Source: Takakia lepidozioides
Lineage: Eukaryota > Plantae > Bryophyta
DNA length: 64,000 nucleotides
Reading direction: 5' to 3'
Assembly (NCBI GenBank): GCA_030704615.1
Contig: CM060731.1
Coordinates: 43,338,001-43,402,000 of the forward strand
The notes beneath the pieces are model-generated. The model ran no database searches. It was not told the DNA's origin and worked only from the letters and a program-made list of their open reading frames with translations. The position numbers and the translations under genes were made by a program. Shown here piece by piece: positions 49,895 through 62,500 of this stretch (position 1 is its first letter; each line of letters begins with the position of its first letter).

Positions 49895-51263
49895 AGGTAA
49901 TTTCATGGTGAATGATTGATATCATCGACATAAATCAAAGCCCACTCCCAGCGAAGATTGCCCAAGACAATGTCCATGAGGCGTTGGAAAGTAGAGGTGG
50001 CATTGCACAAACCAAAAGGCATGGTCTCATATTAGTATTTGCCCATGCGACACACAAAGGAGATCTTTTCCTTGGCAGCTTCAGTAAGAGGGACTTGCCA
50101 AAAGCCAAACGCAAGATCAAGAGAGGAAAAAATTGTAGCACCATGCAATTGATCCAAGGTCTCATTAATCTTGGGTAGTGGGTATGCATCCTTTTTGGTG
50201 ATGTCATTCAGCTTTCTGAAGTCAACACAGAAATGGGTGGTGTCATCTTTCTTACCAACCAAGACAATTGGACTGGCCCAAGGAGAAACTGAAGGCTTAA
50301 TCACGCCAGCATCAAGCATTTTCTGGACTTCTTCTTGGATTACAACACGTTCTTTGACACTCTCTTGGTAAGCAAATTGATTAATAGGAGCCCCTTCAGT
50401 GACAATGTCATGTTGAAGAATAGAAGTGCGCCCTAAATCAGTGGATCCCAAACTGAAAACAACTAGATTCTTTGCAATAAGCATTTCCACTTTCCTCCTT
50501 TATCCTGAGGAGAGAGTTGTGCCCAACTTGATTTCAGAAAGACTTTGGTGAGGGCCGTCTTACCTTCTGGGCTGAGATCAGAGACAGGTGGTGGTGCAAC
50601 TGCAGCAAAAGTAGCAACCTCATCTAAGGGGCCATGTTGGATGCCAATGGCCTCAAGTCCAAAGCCAGCTTGCACCTCTTGAATTTCAGCAATGGGTAGA
50701 GCAGTGATGCGAGCCAGAACCTGCCCCTTTTTAATAGTCACAGGGAAGCGCTCGGGATTAGCAATCAGGATCTTGACTTCTTATCTATATCCTCTATCTA
50801 GAACACCAGTGTCCACCAAGCAATGCTTAAGGGCAGTCAATCTCCTCCATCCTTCAACTTCTAGGAAATGAGCAGCTGGACACAAGAAGGCCAGACCAGA
50901 CTTGACCACCTTCTGGGTCAATGCAGGGATGGTGATGTTGAGAGGTGCACGAACTAGAGTAGAATTCTTTGGAATAGCTATGGGCACCCCTGTCCTATCC
51001 CTAGCACCAAGAACATGCCACTGATATAAGACTTGAAGATCAGGCTGAAACTTGTAGAAATCATTCCAAAGGTTGGAGCGAGAGTTCTGTTGTACCTCCT
51101 TTACCAGGGCCTGGACTCTGGACAAATTGGCTGTAGCAGACCCAGCCTTGATCTTCACTGCTTTCAAGGGAACCACTACTTCATGCCCTTCTCTATTGTT
51201 AAAGCAAAGGGAGTAGTCTGCTAAGCTGATGGTGGCACCAGCTCCAATCATCCAGTCATGGCC
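49895..51263 (-). mobile_element. Older Ty3/gypsy pol relic of a different family; host of the nested insertion
   Basis: IQEEVQKMLDAGVIKPSVSPWASPIVLV..FCVDFRKLN..DAYPLPKI..FSSLDL..GFWQV...LIYVDD; frameshifted. Confidence 0.88.
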
Positions 51264-52328
51264 TGTCGCGCGGCTTTTACTCACCCATCCCTTCGCTATC
51301 CGAGGCGGAAACTCCAAGATAGAAGAGTTGGAAATCTCTAAGTACTCAGCCCGCGCAGAACAATCAGTCATGACCTACAGCTAGTGTATCATGGGGGTGT
51401 TTCCTATTTGTTTCCCTTTTCGCATTCATCTTTGGCTACCTTACCATTGATAATTACGTATTAGTTTCCTTCACTCCTCCATTCAATCCACAGCTTCACT
51501 CAGATCTCTCTACACAGTGTGATTGTATCGTATAAATATCAGATTATGATTTATCAGGTATCAGGCCGAAGCCATTGTATCTCTATTCTCCTCTACAATA
51601 TCCCTACGGCTTTGCATCTAACAAGCATCTACTAATCCTCCTTCATCGTGCTCTCCGATCTCCGCTTCCGCCTGACTCCCAAGTCCTCCCCGAATAATCA
51701 TCCCATCATAATCCCCGTTCTTCCCTTTATCCTCCTATCCGCGGTTCTAACCGTTTCCCTCTCTAACCGTCGTATGTGAACTAACATGTTCCCTTCTCTG
51801 GTGTTGTTCCCCACAGTCGTTCCCTGTCCTACTCTTCGTTCCCTATTATCGTGACAGCTGTGTCAAGCGGTGACTGGCTGTGTTTGGCTGTGTCGGGCTG
51901 TGACTGGCTGTGTGGCTATGCCGGGCTGTGACTGGCTGTGTGGGCTGTGTCTGCTGTGACGACTGTGACGGGCTGTGTGGGCTGTGTGGGCTGTGACGAC
52001 TATGACGGGCTGTGTGGGCTGTGACGGCTGTGACGGGCTGTGTTGGCTGTGACGGCTGTGTGGGCTGTGTGGGCTGTGACGGCTGTGTCGGGCTGTGTTG
52101 GCTGTGACGGCTGTGTGGGCTGTGTGGGCTGTGTGGGCTGTGTGGGCTGTGTCGGCTGTGTGGGCTGTGACGGCTATGACGGCTGTGTGGGCTGTGTGGG
52201 TTGTGTAACCCCCTTCTACAGTGCTCTGCTGTCACCCCTAAGGTTCCTGTTTGTCTCAGTCTGTGCAAAAATTAAGGGTACCCTACAGATCCCGTATAAG
52301 TGTCTAAGTCCCCTACAGTCCTCTAACA
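51264..52328 (-). repeat. 3' LTR (1065 bp)
   Basis: TG...CA termini; matches 63724-64000; GGCTGTG(A/T) array at ~51855-52205. Confidence 0.93.
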
Positions 52329-52347
52329 TTTTACCCCTTCCCCCCTC
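52329..52347 (-). other. Polypurine tract
   Basis: On the minus strand, GAGGGGGGAAGGGGTAAAA lies immediately before the LTR start TGTTAGAG. Confidence 0.88.
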
Positions 52348-52368
52348 AAAAAGCCGTGTCCTCACGGT

Positions 52369-55300
52369 TTACTGTTTTCGAGTAGCAAACCTTTGTGAGT
52401 GATCACTTTGTTGACGTTGAGAGTTTCGTGGTGGGCTGTGTGTACGAGCCCGAGGTCTGTCTCTGGTTGATGGAGATGGTTGATTACTACCTGGATAAGT
52501 GAGGCCTTCTGGAGGCTGATATCGAGGTAATCTTTCCGGCAGAGGAGATCCCCTTTGTTTCTTCGCTTCCATCTGAATTGTATAGTCTTCTCCCATGTCA
52601 AAAGAATTTTGTGAAGAACCAGTTGTATCAGAATCGTCATCGCCTCTTAGGTGTTTTAATTTTCGAACTTTTTGTGGAATCATCTGGGGCATACAATGCT
52701 GTCCTACCATGTCTGGAAGTTTGCATTTTACAACCTGGTGCAACCGTTGAACAGCAAAATTGGTGTAGACTCTGAGCTCCTTGTCTGTCCAAATGAGTGG
52801 GGTACCAATTACTGGTGCCGCGTGCAAGTATTTCCATGCGATATGTCCCTTATAGAAAATGTCATCAAGTCCGAATTTCTGTGTTGACAAATTGTTGCAG
52901 GCTGCTTGAAACCATGAACGAATTTGAGAATCCTTCTGTATCATAACTTTTGGGTCATATAGGTACATATGAGGTGGCACCGAAGGTAATACCCAATGAT
53001 CTCCACTGGAGTAACTTTGAAAGCGTGCTTGCATCTTTTGTTGCTCAATGTGGTAACGTATCAGAAAACAAGCAGCGTAGTATAGCCCGCACCCCATGAC
53101 AATACTTGCTATCTCCTTGGTCTTGGTATAAATGAGTCCATGTACAACCTGGAAAGCAACCAATTCCCTCAACATTGTACCTGCCTCGTGCCAGTATTGT
53201 GCAAAGTGATGATCTTCAATATGTCGATTGTTTGGAAGAACTTTAGTCCTGGTTGCCACTGGCAGCCAAATACGCATGATTTGGTAGTAATGTGCGAATG
53301 ACTGCGGAGGACTAAATTCTTTCCAAGCCAAATCCAACATGAATGGAATTTGGTTGAAGGGCATAATCATAGCCCTACTGTACTCCCTGGCAGCTGGAGT
53401 TTTAGGTGGGTTAAAAGCTGCATTGCCCCATACCTCCGGCTGTGGTGGCTGTGGTGTGGTTGTAGTAACCACAGGTTCAGTTACTGGTACACTGACCTGT
53501 TGTGGTGGTGGTGGTAGTGGTTCCTGTACCATTGGCATCTCTTGCACCTCCTGTGAAGACTGAAAAGCCAGAGTTCTGGCTTTCAAATAAGAAGCCATTA
53601 GCTGTTCCCGAGGGATATAGACTCTTTGGTCGATGTTTGAAGTGAGGTCTTCCACTTGAGTCTGGAGTCCGTCTACATCCTCTTGTAACTCTGCTATCCT
53701 ACTATAGACATTGTCTATAGTAGTTGTGGCAATGTTCTGCACCTGCAGTCTAAGCTCATTCATCTCGCTTTGGGTGAGCTTCCGTGGGGCTTTGCCTTCT
53801 ACTGGCCCTTGTGCTAGCCAGACCTGCATAAGGCTGTTATCCACCAAGCTGCTTGTGGTTCCCCTGAGAGTTTGCTCCTCTCTTAGCTTATACAATTCCA
53901 ACTGCTGTTGTAAATCCTTCATGCGCTTCGCCTGTGGCTCAACCAATTGCGCATAGGCAACAAGTAGATTATTGGCTTCTTTCGAAGCCTTGTTACTGAT
54001 TGAGATTTCATTTCTATTGGCCACGATGTTTTGTTGCAACTCCACGATGTATTTCTCATTCTCAGCTTCCATCTGCCTGTATTGCTTGAGAGTATCTTCA
54101 TTGCGACAGATTGTATTCTTCATATCGACAATGAGCTTCATGTGCTCCGCATTCTCTTCTTCTGCCTTCGTACATTTTTCCGCTTGACTGTTTATTTCTT
54201 TTGTTGATTGGTCAAGCATAGTTGTAATTGTAGCGCATTGTATTGCCATCCTGTTATGCACTCTTTGCAACTCCGTATGTAGTGCATTCAGTTCTTGCAA
54301 CTTGCTTTCATGCTGCACCTGCATTTGGTATAGCTGTTGCTTATGTGCTTCGTGCAACTGGTCTTGCGCGAGGCCTGCCTCAATCAATTGTTGCTTGGCT
54401 AATTGCAAAGCCATTTCTGTATTGGCCAAGTCCTGCTTCATCTTGAGAGTGACCTCTTCATCGACCTTGTTTGCACACTCAGTGGCAAGTCGAGCCTCAA
54501 ACTCCTTCCTGAGTTCTTCTTTCAAGGCTGTCAATTGGGTAATTGGAACATGGGTTTTGACATAAGTCCCCAACAAATTAAGTGTCCTGCCTATGGAACT
54601 CATCAGCATTTCCTGTTGAGGGTCATCATGGTGAGGTTGCTGCTGTTCCTCCCGATCTTCAACAGTATGATGTCTCACTAACCATTCAGACCATTGTCCC
54701 ACCGGATTTTCTTCCTGAACTACTTCATTCATGACCGGTGCTACAGTGTCATGGCCTTCTGTCTGTGGTACCTCCAACACAGGTGTGTGCATTATATGCA
54801 CCTCAGGATTTCCTTTGGGCAACTGTTGCACCTCTGGGATTTCTGTCTCCTTTACCAGACCAGAATATTCATAGAGAAGGTCCCCTTTCTCTATTTCTGC
54901 CACTATCTGCTCTGTAGTTGGAATCTCTATCCCTTCACTTTCCAAATCAATTATTTCGGTTTGAGCTGCATGGATAACTTGTGACCTTGTGACAAGTCGT
55001 TCAAGTGGCTGTGTTGGTTGTGATGCAGAAGTAACTTCTTCCTCCCTCTCTGAAGGTCCTGCTTCCAGTAATAACATTCTTTTGTGCTGCTGTGCCCCTT
55101 CCTGGTTATGAGCTTGGGAAACATTATCATGCGGAATCCGTGAAGCCAGTGGATCCGCCACTACAGTCTTTCCCCTTCTCTGCCTCTTAGTCTCTGGTTG
55201 TGCTGCTAGTCCACCCTCACTGTGTGAAGAGCCTTGCTCTTCCATTGCAGTTGTTTCTGGCTCAAACACTCCCATTTCCTTCCTTTCTTGTGCATTAAGT

Positions 55301-56583
55301 ATGCCCGAACTAAGGATTATTTGAGCAATGATTGGGCCAGACACTATGATAGGAGATTTTGCGGTAGTACTTTGTAATCTTTTCATCTCCTCTACCAGTG
55401 CGTTGTACATTATGTCCGCCCATAGTACCTCTTGTCCCTTCAAGCCTTTGAGGATTTCCTCTGTGAAGGATTTGCTCAAATATTGTTGGTTCTGTTTCAG
55501 GGCAATCAGAACGTTCAATACTTGGCTTATGTCTTTTAACCCTGGGTACACAGCTTTGGTACAAGCATAACCCTGAGTTTTAAAGAAACTCCCTTCTTGG
55601 AATAAATCCCCTATTTGCAGTCTTTCCCTGTGTTCTTCCACATACACATGACCTGCTGGCAATTGAAACAATTGCTGGAGGTATAGGGGAGTAATCATTA
55701 ATTCAACTCCCTTCACCGTTGTTGTTCCTGTCTTTGGCTCAAAGTTCTGCAAAAATTGTAACATGTACTGTCTATGGTGTAGTGTCCAATCCTTGCTTTG
55801 CAATCCTTCCAATCTCAGCTCCTTCAGTATCTTTGTCGCCTGTGGGGTAGCCATCGTTTGTTTCTGCAGAATGGTGGTGCTCTTCACCCTGATTTCCTCC
55901 ATTCCTCTCACTCTCTTCATCTTAGACTCACCGAACTGCTTTGGCTGTAACAACTGCAGGAGTGCCTGTAGTGCACAAAGCAGAAACGTATGGTTGCCGC
56001 AGAAAGCTATGGGTAACCTCTTGTAAGCCTGCGGGGCTTGCAAGCATTGTTCAAGAGAAAAGCTCTGCTCTTTCGTTTCGTGTCTCTGCCACTGCGTAAG
56101 TAATATTGCGAGCGTAATGTCTGTTAGTTCCTCCATAGTTTCCAAGTTATAGCATTTATGGCCTGTCCTGTCGAGACGCCCGTTACTCTGAACGACGCCG
56201 CCTCTTGCGCTCAATTTCCCTCCATTTTCTTGATCATTTTTCTGGTTTTCTATTGGCTGTGGCCGCTGTGACTGGATTTTAACTTTTATCTTCTTTAGTG
56301 GACTTTCCCTGTTGGATAGTCCACTAGGATCACACATGCGACATGAATTCGGCTTTTCTGTACTTGCCGTTCGTTCTGTTTCCCTTTTTCCGTAATCATT
56401 AATGGGTCCGCCTTTCATCCCTTTTGACGGCCGTTCTTGTCCTCTTTCTTTTTGACACCTGTCCTTGCACTTCATTCTCTGCTGTGTGTCGCACCCTGAC
56501 CTCCACGTGTCTATTTTTAAATTAATTTCCGTTTCTTCTTCCTTCAGCCATTTTACTGAAGTTTTTATGTGTCCACTTGTCAC
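52369..56583 (-). CDS. Gypsy downstream accessory ORF3 (plant-transposon-protein-like N-terminal domain, long coiled coil, unknown C-terminal domain)
   Basis: 1404 open codons; the likely ATG is at 56136 or later. MLQFLQNF..TVKGVELMITPLYLQQLFQLP...VLWADIMY resembles Athila/Transposase_32-type accessory domains (from recall, not searched). Confidence 0.8.
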   Translation of the reverse strand: MTSGHIKTSVKWLKEEETEINLKIDTWRSGCDTQQRMKCKDRCQKERGQERPSKGMKGGPINDYGKRETERTASTEKPNSCRMCDPSGLSNRESPLKKIKVKIQSQRPQPIENQKNDQENGGKLSARGGVVQSNGRLDRTGHKCYNLETMEELTDITLAILLTQWQRHETKEQSFSLEQCLQAPQAYKRLPIAFCGNHTFLLCALQALLQLLQPKQFGESKMKRVRGMEEIRVKSTTILQKQTMATPQATKILKELRLEGLQSKDWTLHHRQYMLQFLQNFEPKTGTTTVKGVELMITPLYLQQLFQLPAGHVYVEEHRERLQIGDLFQEGSFFKTQGYACTKAVYPGLKDISQVLNVLIALKQNQQYLSKSFTEEILKGLKGQEVLWADIMYNALVEEMKRLQSTTAKSPIIVSGPIIAQIILSSGILNAQERKEMGVFEPETTAMEEQGSSHSEGGLAAQPETKRQRRGKTVVADPLASRIPHDNVSQAHNQEGAQQHKRMLLLEAGPSEREEEVTSASQPTQPLERLVTRSQVIHAAQTEIIDLESEGIEIPTTEQIVAEIEKGDLLYEYSGLVKETEIPEVQQLPKGNPEVHIMHTPVLEVPQTEGHDTVAPVMNEVVQEENPVGQWSEWLVRHHTVEDREEQQQPHHDDPQQEMLMSSIGRTLNLLGTYVKTHVPITQLTALKEELRKEFEARLATECANKVDEEVTLKMKQDLANTEMALQLAKQQLIEAGLAQDQLHEAHKQQLYQMQVQHESKLQELNALHTELQRVHNRMAIQCATITTMLDQSTKEINSQAEKCTKAEEENAEHMKLIVDMKNTICRNEDTLKQYRQMEAENEKYIVELQQNIVANRNEISISNKASKEANNLLVAYAQLVEPQAKRMKDLQQQLELYKLREEQTLRGTTSSLVDNSLMQVWLAQGPVEGKAPRKLTQSEMNELRLQVQNIATTTIDNVYSRIAELQEDVDGLQTQVEDLTSNIDQRVYIPREQLMASYLKARTLAFQSSQEVQEMPMVQEPLPPPPQQVSVPVTEPVVTTTTPQPPQPEVWGNAAFNPPKTPAAREYSRAMIMPFNQIPFMLDLAWKEFSPPQSFAHYYQIMRIWLPVATRTKVLPNNRHIEDHHFAQYWHEAGTMLRELVAFQVVHGLIYTKTKEIASIVMGCGLYYAACFLIRYHIEQQKMQARFQSYSSGDHWVLPSVPPHMYLYDPKVMIQKDSQIRSWFQAACNNLSTQKFGLDDIFYKGHIAWKYLHAAPVIGTPLIWTDKELRVYTNFAVQRLHQVVKCKLPDMVGQHCMPQMIPQKVRKLKHLRGDDDSDTTGSSQNSFDMGEDYTIQMEAKKQRGSPLPERLPRYQPPEGLTYPGSNQPSPSTRDRPRARTHSPPRNSQRQQSDHSQRFATRKQ

Positions 56584-56588
56584 TGATT

Positions 56589-59500
56589 CTATGGATCGTG
56601 TAACTTTAGTAGGCTGTCTTGAGCTGTGATAGGCTGTGTTGCACTGTGGTAAGCTGTGATAGGCTGTGACACGCTGCGGTAGGTTGTGATAGGCTGTGTC
56701 ACGCCTTGCTGGGTTGTAGTTGGCTGTGTCACGTCGTGACGGGCTGTGATAGGCTGTGTCACGTCGTGACGGGCTGTGGTAAGCTGTGTTGCGCCTTGCT
56801 GGGCTGTGGTTGGCTGTGTCACGTCGTGATGGCTGTTATAGGCTGTGTCACGCCGTGATGGGCTGTGATAGGCTGTGGTGCGCCTTGCTGGGCTGTGGTT
56901 GGCTGCGTCACGTCGTGATGGGCTGTGATAGGCTGTGTCACGCCTTGATGGGCTGTGATAGGCTGTGTCACGTTTGTTTTGCCCACCCCGGTCATATATA
57001 CTGGGCCTAGCGACAAGTGTTCCATACTCCGTTCGTAACACTGGTGCAGCCCGTGACTGCTCTTGCGGTTCAACATGCAAATCATGTTGCAGGGGTTTGT
57101 CATGGATACCACTGTACCCCTTCAACTTATTTGCATTGACTCTTCCCAGCATTTCCTTGTTAATGGTTTGTAACATGGCTGTGTTGTTATCATACATCTT
57201 TTGTATGACATAAGGTCCTTTCCATGGTGATTTAAGCTTAGAAGCTTGAATCTTTCCTTTCTTCTGCAACCATAAAACCAAATCCCCCGTCTTAAAAGTC
57301 TTTAATTTGCCTTTATCAAACTGTTCCTTTCGCTTCATCTGAATTCTGGTCATATTATCAGCTGCATCAGCACGTACTTCTTCCACATGGTATAATTCAT
57401 GTTTCCTGACCTTGATGGAGTCTTGCAATTCCATTCTTTTTCCCCACTCTGTTCTCATGGTAGGTAACAGGAATTCCACTGGAAGTAAGGCTTCCATACC
57501 ATAAACTAATTGGAATGGTGTATACTTAGTGGTGACTTTATATGAAGTCCTGTATGACCACAAAGCTGTCAGCAGCTTTGTATCCCAATCCGTTCTGTTT
57601 GCATTGACTATCTTAGCCAAGATAGTACATAGTATTTTGTTGGTAGCCTCTGCCTGTCCATTACCCTGTGGGTAATATGTTGTACTCTTTCTATGCACAA
57701 TCATAAACTCTTTAGTCAATAACTCAATGGTCTCATTCATGAAGTGACTTCCTTGATCACTGATAAATTCTAAGGGACATCCAAATCGTGTAAGTATGTT
57801 CTCGTACAGGAACCTTGCTGTGGACTTGGCTGTGTTGTCCCTCAAAGCTTTAGCTTCCACCCACTTTGTAGTATAATCAGTGGCTGTAATTATGTACCTG
57901 TTTCGTGTATTCTTGGATGGTGGATTAATTGGTCCAACAAAGTCTAGTCCCCATTTCTGAAATGGTTCCGTAGGCATTGTAGGATGCAAGGCCATTCTTC
58001 CAGATCTCTGCAAAGGTCCTAGCCTCTGACATTCATCACACTTCTGACAATACTCATGTACATCTTTGAACAACGTAGGCCACCAGTATCCTGCGAGTAG
58101 TATCTTTCTACTGGTAGTCTCTTCTCCAAAATGACCTCCAGCCACTCCTTTATGAACTTCCTCCAAGACTTTATTTACTTCATGGTGGTACAAGCATCGT
58201 TTTAGTACTCCATCAGGTCCTAACTTATACATTCTGCTTCCTACCATAGTATAAGGTAAAGCTCTGATAGCAATTCTTTTCCTTTGCTCCTTACCATAAC
58301 TAGGTGGGCACTGACCATGAGCAAGGTAGTATCTGATTGGCCATTGCCAATCTAACCATTCATCTGCACTTCCTTGCACCTCCATTACAAATAAACTCGC
58401 ATCAGGTAACTGATCGTCCACTCCTGTGGCGGCCTCTCCTGTTGTTAGTCGTGACAAATGATCTGCCACAAGATGCAAACGGCCAGGCTTGTAAATAACC
58501 TCGAACTCAAACTCATGCAAGATTATTAACCACCTCGCTATCCTTCCACTTATCAAAGGTTTGTTCACCAGATATATCAGAGCCTGGTGATCCACATAAA
58601 ACATAAACTTTCTTCCCAATAGGTAATGCCTGAATTTCTTCACTGCATAGATCATTGCCAATGCTTCTCTTTCCGTTGTGCTATAGTTCCTCTCAGCACT
58701 GTTCATCAACCGGCTAGCATAGTACACAGGTGAATCTATATTCCCTGTAACATTCTGGGCTAACACCGCTCCCAATGCTTCTCCTGATGCATCGCAGTGA
58801 ACATGAAATACTACATGCCAGTGAGGGTTAATCAGCACAGGTGTAGTTGTTACTGACAGTGTAAGTTCCTCAAACGCCTGTTGACATTCAGCTGTCCATG
58901 CAAACACTGCATCTTTCTTCAGAAGCTTGCTCAATGGTGCTGCTATTTGTGCATACCTTTTGACAAATCTTCTGTAATAACTGGTTTGCCCAAGGAATCT
59001 CCTTAAACTCTTAACATTCACTGGTGGTGGAGAGACTTTAATGGACTCTGTCTTCCTGGGATCCACAAGAAGTCCCTTCTTACACACTATGTGTCCCAGA
59101 AGCACCCCTGAGTTCACACAGAAAGTACACTTCTCTGGATTCAAGCCCAGACCTCTCATCCTGCATCTGGCCAGGCATAACTCCAATTTATGCAAGTGCT
59201 CATTCTTAGAGCTGTACACACTGAAATCATCCAAAAACACCTGCATGAAATCATCCAGATACTCTTGAAAAGATTCACTTATCACTCTCTGAAAGGTCGC
59301 TGGTGCATTACAAAGTCCAAAGGGCATGACTTTGTATGCATAAGCCCCCCAGTCTGTGATGAAAGCTGTTTTCCCTTGGTCTTCTTCTGCCACTTGCACT
59401 TGATTATAACCACTGAAGCCATCCATGAATGAGTACATCTCATGGCCTGCCACAGTGTCTAATACTGCTTCTGTGAATGGCAAAGGGAAAGGATCTTTCT

Positions 59501-62500
59501 TCGTACAAGCATTCAGCTTCTTATAGTTCACACATACTCTTAGTTTGCCATTCTTCTTGGGAACTATAACAATGGGTGACAACCAAGTTGTATACTCTAT
59601 TGGGTATATAAACTTAGCCTCAGCCAACTTCTTTATCTCTTCTCCAACCTTCTGTGCGTAGTTGGGATTCATTCTATACCTCGCCTGTTTGATTGGCACT
59701 GACCCTGGTTCCAGTTCAATTTTATGCTGACAGACTTCAGGTGGTATCCCTTTTAGATCCTCATAGCTCCAAGCAAATACATCTCTGTATTTGATGAACA
59801 AGCTTTTAGCTTCTTCGAAGAATTCCGGCTCCAAATCAGCTCCTACTTTCACCATCCTTGGTTCCTCCGGAGTTCCCACATTTACTTCTCTCACCTGCTC
59901 ATCAGCTGTGATTGTCCAACCAGTCACCACTTCATCCTGTAAGCTCACAGTGGCTGGTTCTTCTAGGATTTCTATTTCTCCTTCTCTTTCTTCATAGAAA
60001 TGTGATGGGTAAATGCTGGTTTCTTCTTCCGTTGGTGTTGCTGTCACTACACCACAGCAGATACCTCTCAAACAACTTAGGCTTTCCAGCCGCATCTCTG
60101 CAACTTGCTCCCACTCTGGGTGTGCAGCAAATAGGGTAGCTTCCTGCTCCTCATCCAGTCCTCCCCTCCAGTCATACTCTCTGACTCCTCGAGGTCTTCT
60201 TGTAGCAGGTAATCTACTAGATTTCTTTGTGGTAATTTGTATCTCGTGCATCCCATTATGCACAGTTAGTAACTGAGAATTCCAGTCATGGAATACCCTG
60301 GCCTGTTTCAGCCACGGACGTCCCAATAATAAGGAATAAGCCTCCATGACTTCATCCATTTTTAATACAGTTACTGTGATCAGAAAGATCATTTTCTGTA
60401 TCTGTATCTTAACTCCTCTTATTAATCCCAATGGCTGTACACTTCTTTGATCTGCCATTGTTACTGTAAATGGGGCTGGTTTCATGTTACTTAGACCAAG
60501 CTTCTTCCTTAATTGGTCTGTCATGATATTTACTCCAGAACCACCATCTATCAGTACATCAGTTAGTTCTGTGCTTCCAATTCTCAATTGGATTACTGGC
60601 ATAGAATCATCAAAGTCCATGACTGGTTCTCGCCCTTCCGGCTTCACATTATAACTGGTCACCTTGCTGTTCAGGTCTGTGTTTCCTGTTTCTTGGGCAA
60701 TTCGATTGATTGCCTGATACAGCCTGTGCCTACAATAAGGTGCCACAGCTAATAGCTGTCCAATGGTAATTTCTGCTTTGGTCTGACATATTACTTCAGC
60801 CAAAGTCTCTTCATTACTTTGCATGTCTGCATCTTCTTTTCTCCTTTCTTCCTCACTCTCCTCTTTTTCTCCATCCGAATCAGAGGAATCTGCCACAGGA
60901 ATATCAGTACTCTTTTGCATTTCCCTTATAGTATCTGCCACTTCCTTGTGCAGTTCCTTCTCATCCTTCCAAGTCTCTTCCTCTTCAGGCATATCATTGC
61001 CACTTCCAGTCTCATCTTCTTCCTCTTCTACTGGAGGTATTAGTTTAGCTTTACTTCTTGTTACTATCATTGTACTTACTTCTGGTACAACACATGGCCT
61101 AACCATGTGAGCTGCCACCACTGGGCCCTCATTCACAGGAGCTCTCATCTCATTCTGGTGTCTTATCCAGAATGAACAGGCTGCCTTGCGATGTCCTGGC
61201 TGATTACAATAGTAACATAGCTCTTCACCATTGGGTCCTCGCCCTTGGTCTGGTCTTGGATTATTTCTATAATCCTGATTCCCGGGCTGGTAATTCCCCC
61301 TCGGATTACCCTGATAGTTGCCTCTGGAATTTCCTTGGTAATTCCCTCTTGAATTACCTCTTCCTTCCATGCCATTGTTATAACCACCAGACCTACCATA
61401 GTGGTCCTGATCATTGCTTCTTCTTGGCTGGGGTTGCACCTGATGCACCCTCACTTGCCTAGGTTCTCTGGCAGCTGTCCTTCTGTTGTAGTAACAATTC
61501 TCAGTAGAATGGTTATCCATTTTACAGATAGTACAGTGTTTCTCCTTCATGTGGCATTCTGTAGTGGTATGGCCTTCATTCTGGCACTTTGCACACCATA
61601 CACCCTTCCTCCAATGTGTTGCAGCCTCTGTGGCATACTTCTTCAAGATTTCTTCCAATCTTTTCTCATAGTTATCCCTCTTCAACTTTTCCTTTCTCTT
61701 ACTCTTTCTTTTTAGTTCTTGCTCTTCTTCTTCATCTGACTCATCTTCAGAGTCCTCATCTTCCTTTTTCTCTCTCCTGAGCATTCCCAATTGCTCAATT
61801 CTGTTCGCAGTTTCAAATGCCTCCTCCACTGTATTATGGGGTAACATATCCACTTTCTTCTGCAACTCTGGTCTTAGTCCACTCACAAACCAAGTCTTCT
61901 GTAAACCGGGTGCTGGTACTGCAGCCAGCTTTTTCATCATCAATTCCATCTTCTCCATATACTCTTCAACAGTTTCATGCTTCTTCTGCTTCAGCTGTTG
62001 TAAACTTCCATACACTTCATCCTCAGTTTTACTTGTCCTGAACCTATTTCGAAATGCTGTATTCAAGCCATTCCAGGTTAGGAAATGATTATCAGGGAAT
62101 CTTGCATACCATTCACTTGCTTTCTTGATAAGTGAACAAGGAAACAGTCTCATCTTGGCATCATCGCCATTCTCATTGTTCACTATACACATGTGCTCAA
62201 ATTGGCTAATGTGTACATCGGGATCCCCTTTTCCTGAATATATTGGAAAGGGTGGTTTTGCCCGTGTTGGTTGTAACGCCATCTGTGGCCCTACCTTCTG
62301 CCCACTGACAGGTGCTGGCACCCTTGCTGGTGCTGGTCCTTCTGGACCTGTTGTTTTTGTGGTGGATCTTCCACCAAGTGGTGGCCCTTGAGCACTCCCT
62401 GCTTCTGGCCCCACGATATTCACAGTATTCCCAGCTTCAGTTGCACTACTTCCCACACTCCCTGTCCCCCCAGAGCCAGATCCAGGCAGCCCGCCTGATC

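Noticed and set aside
52369-56583. Calling ORF3 an envelope (env) gene
   Set aside because: No evident signal peptide or convincing transmembrane anchor; position alone is not enough.
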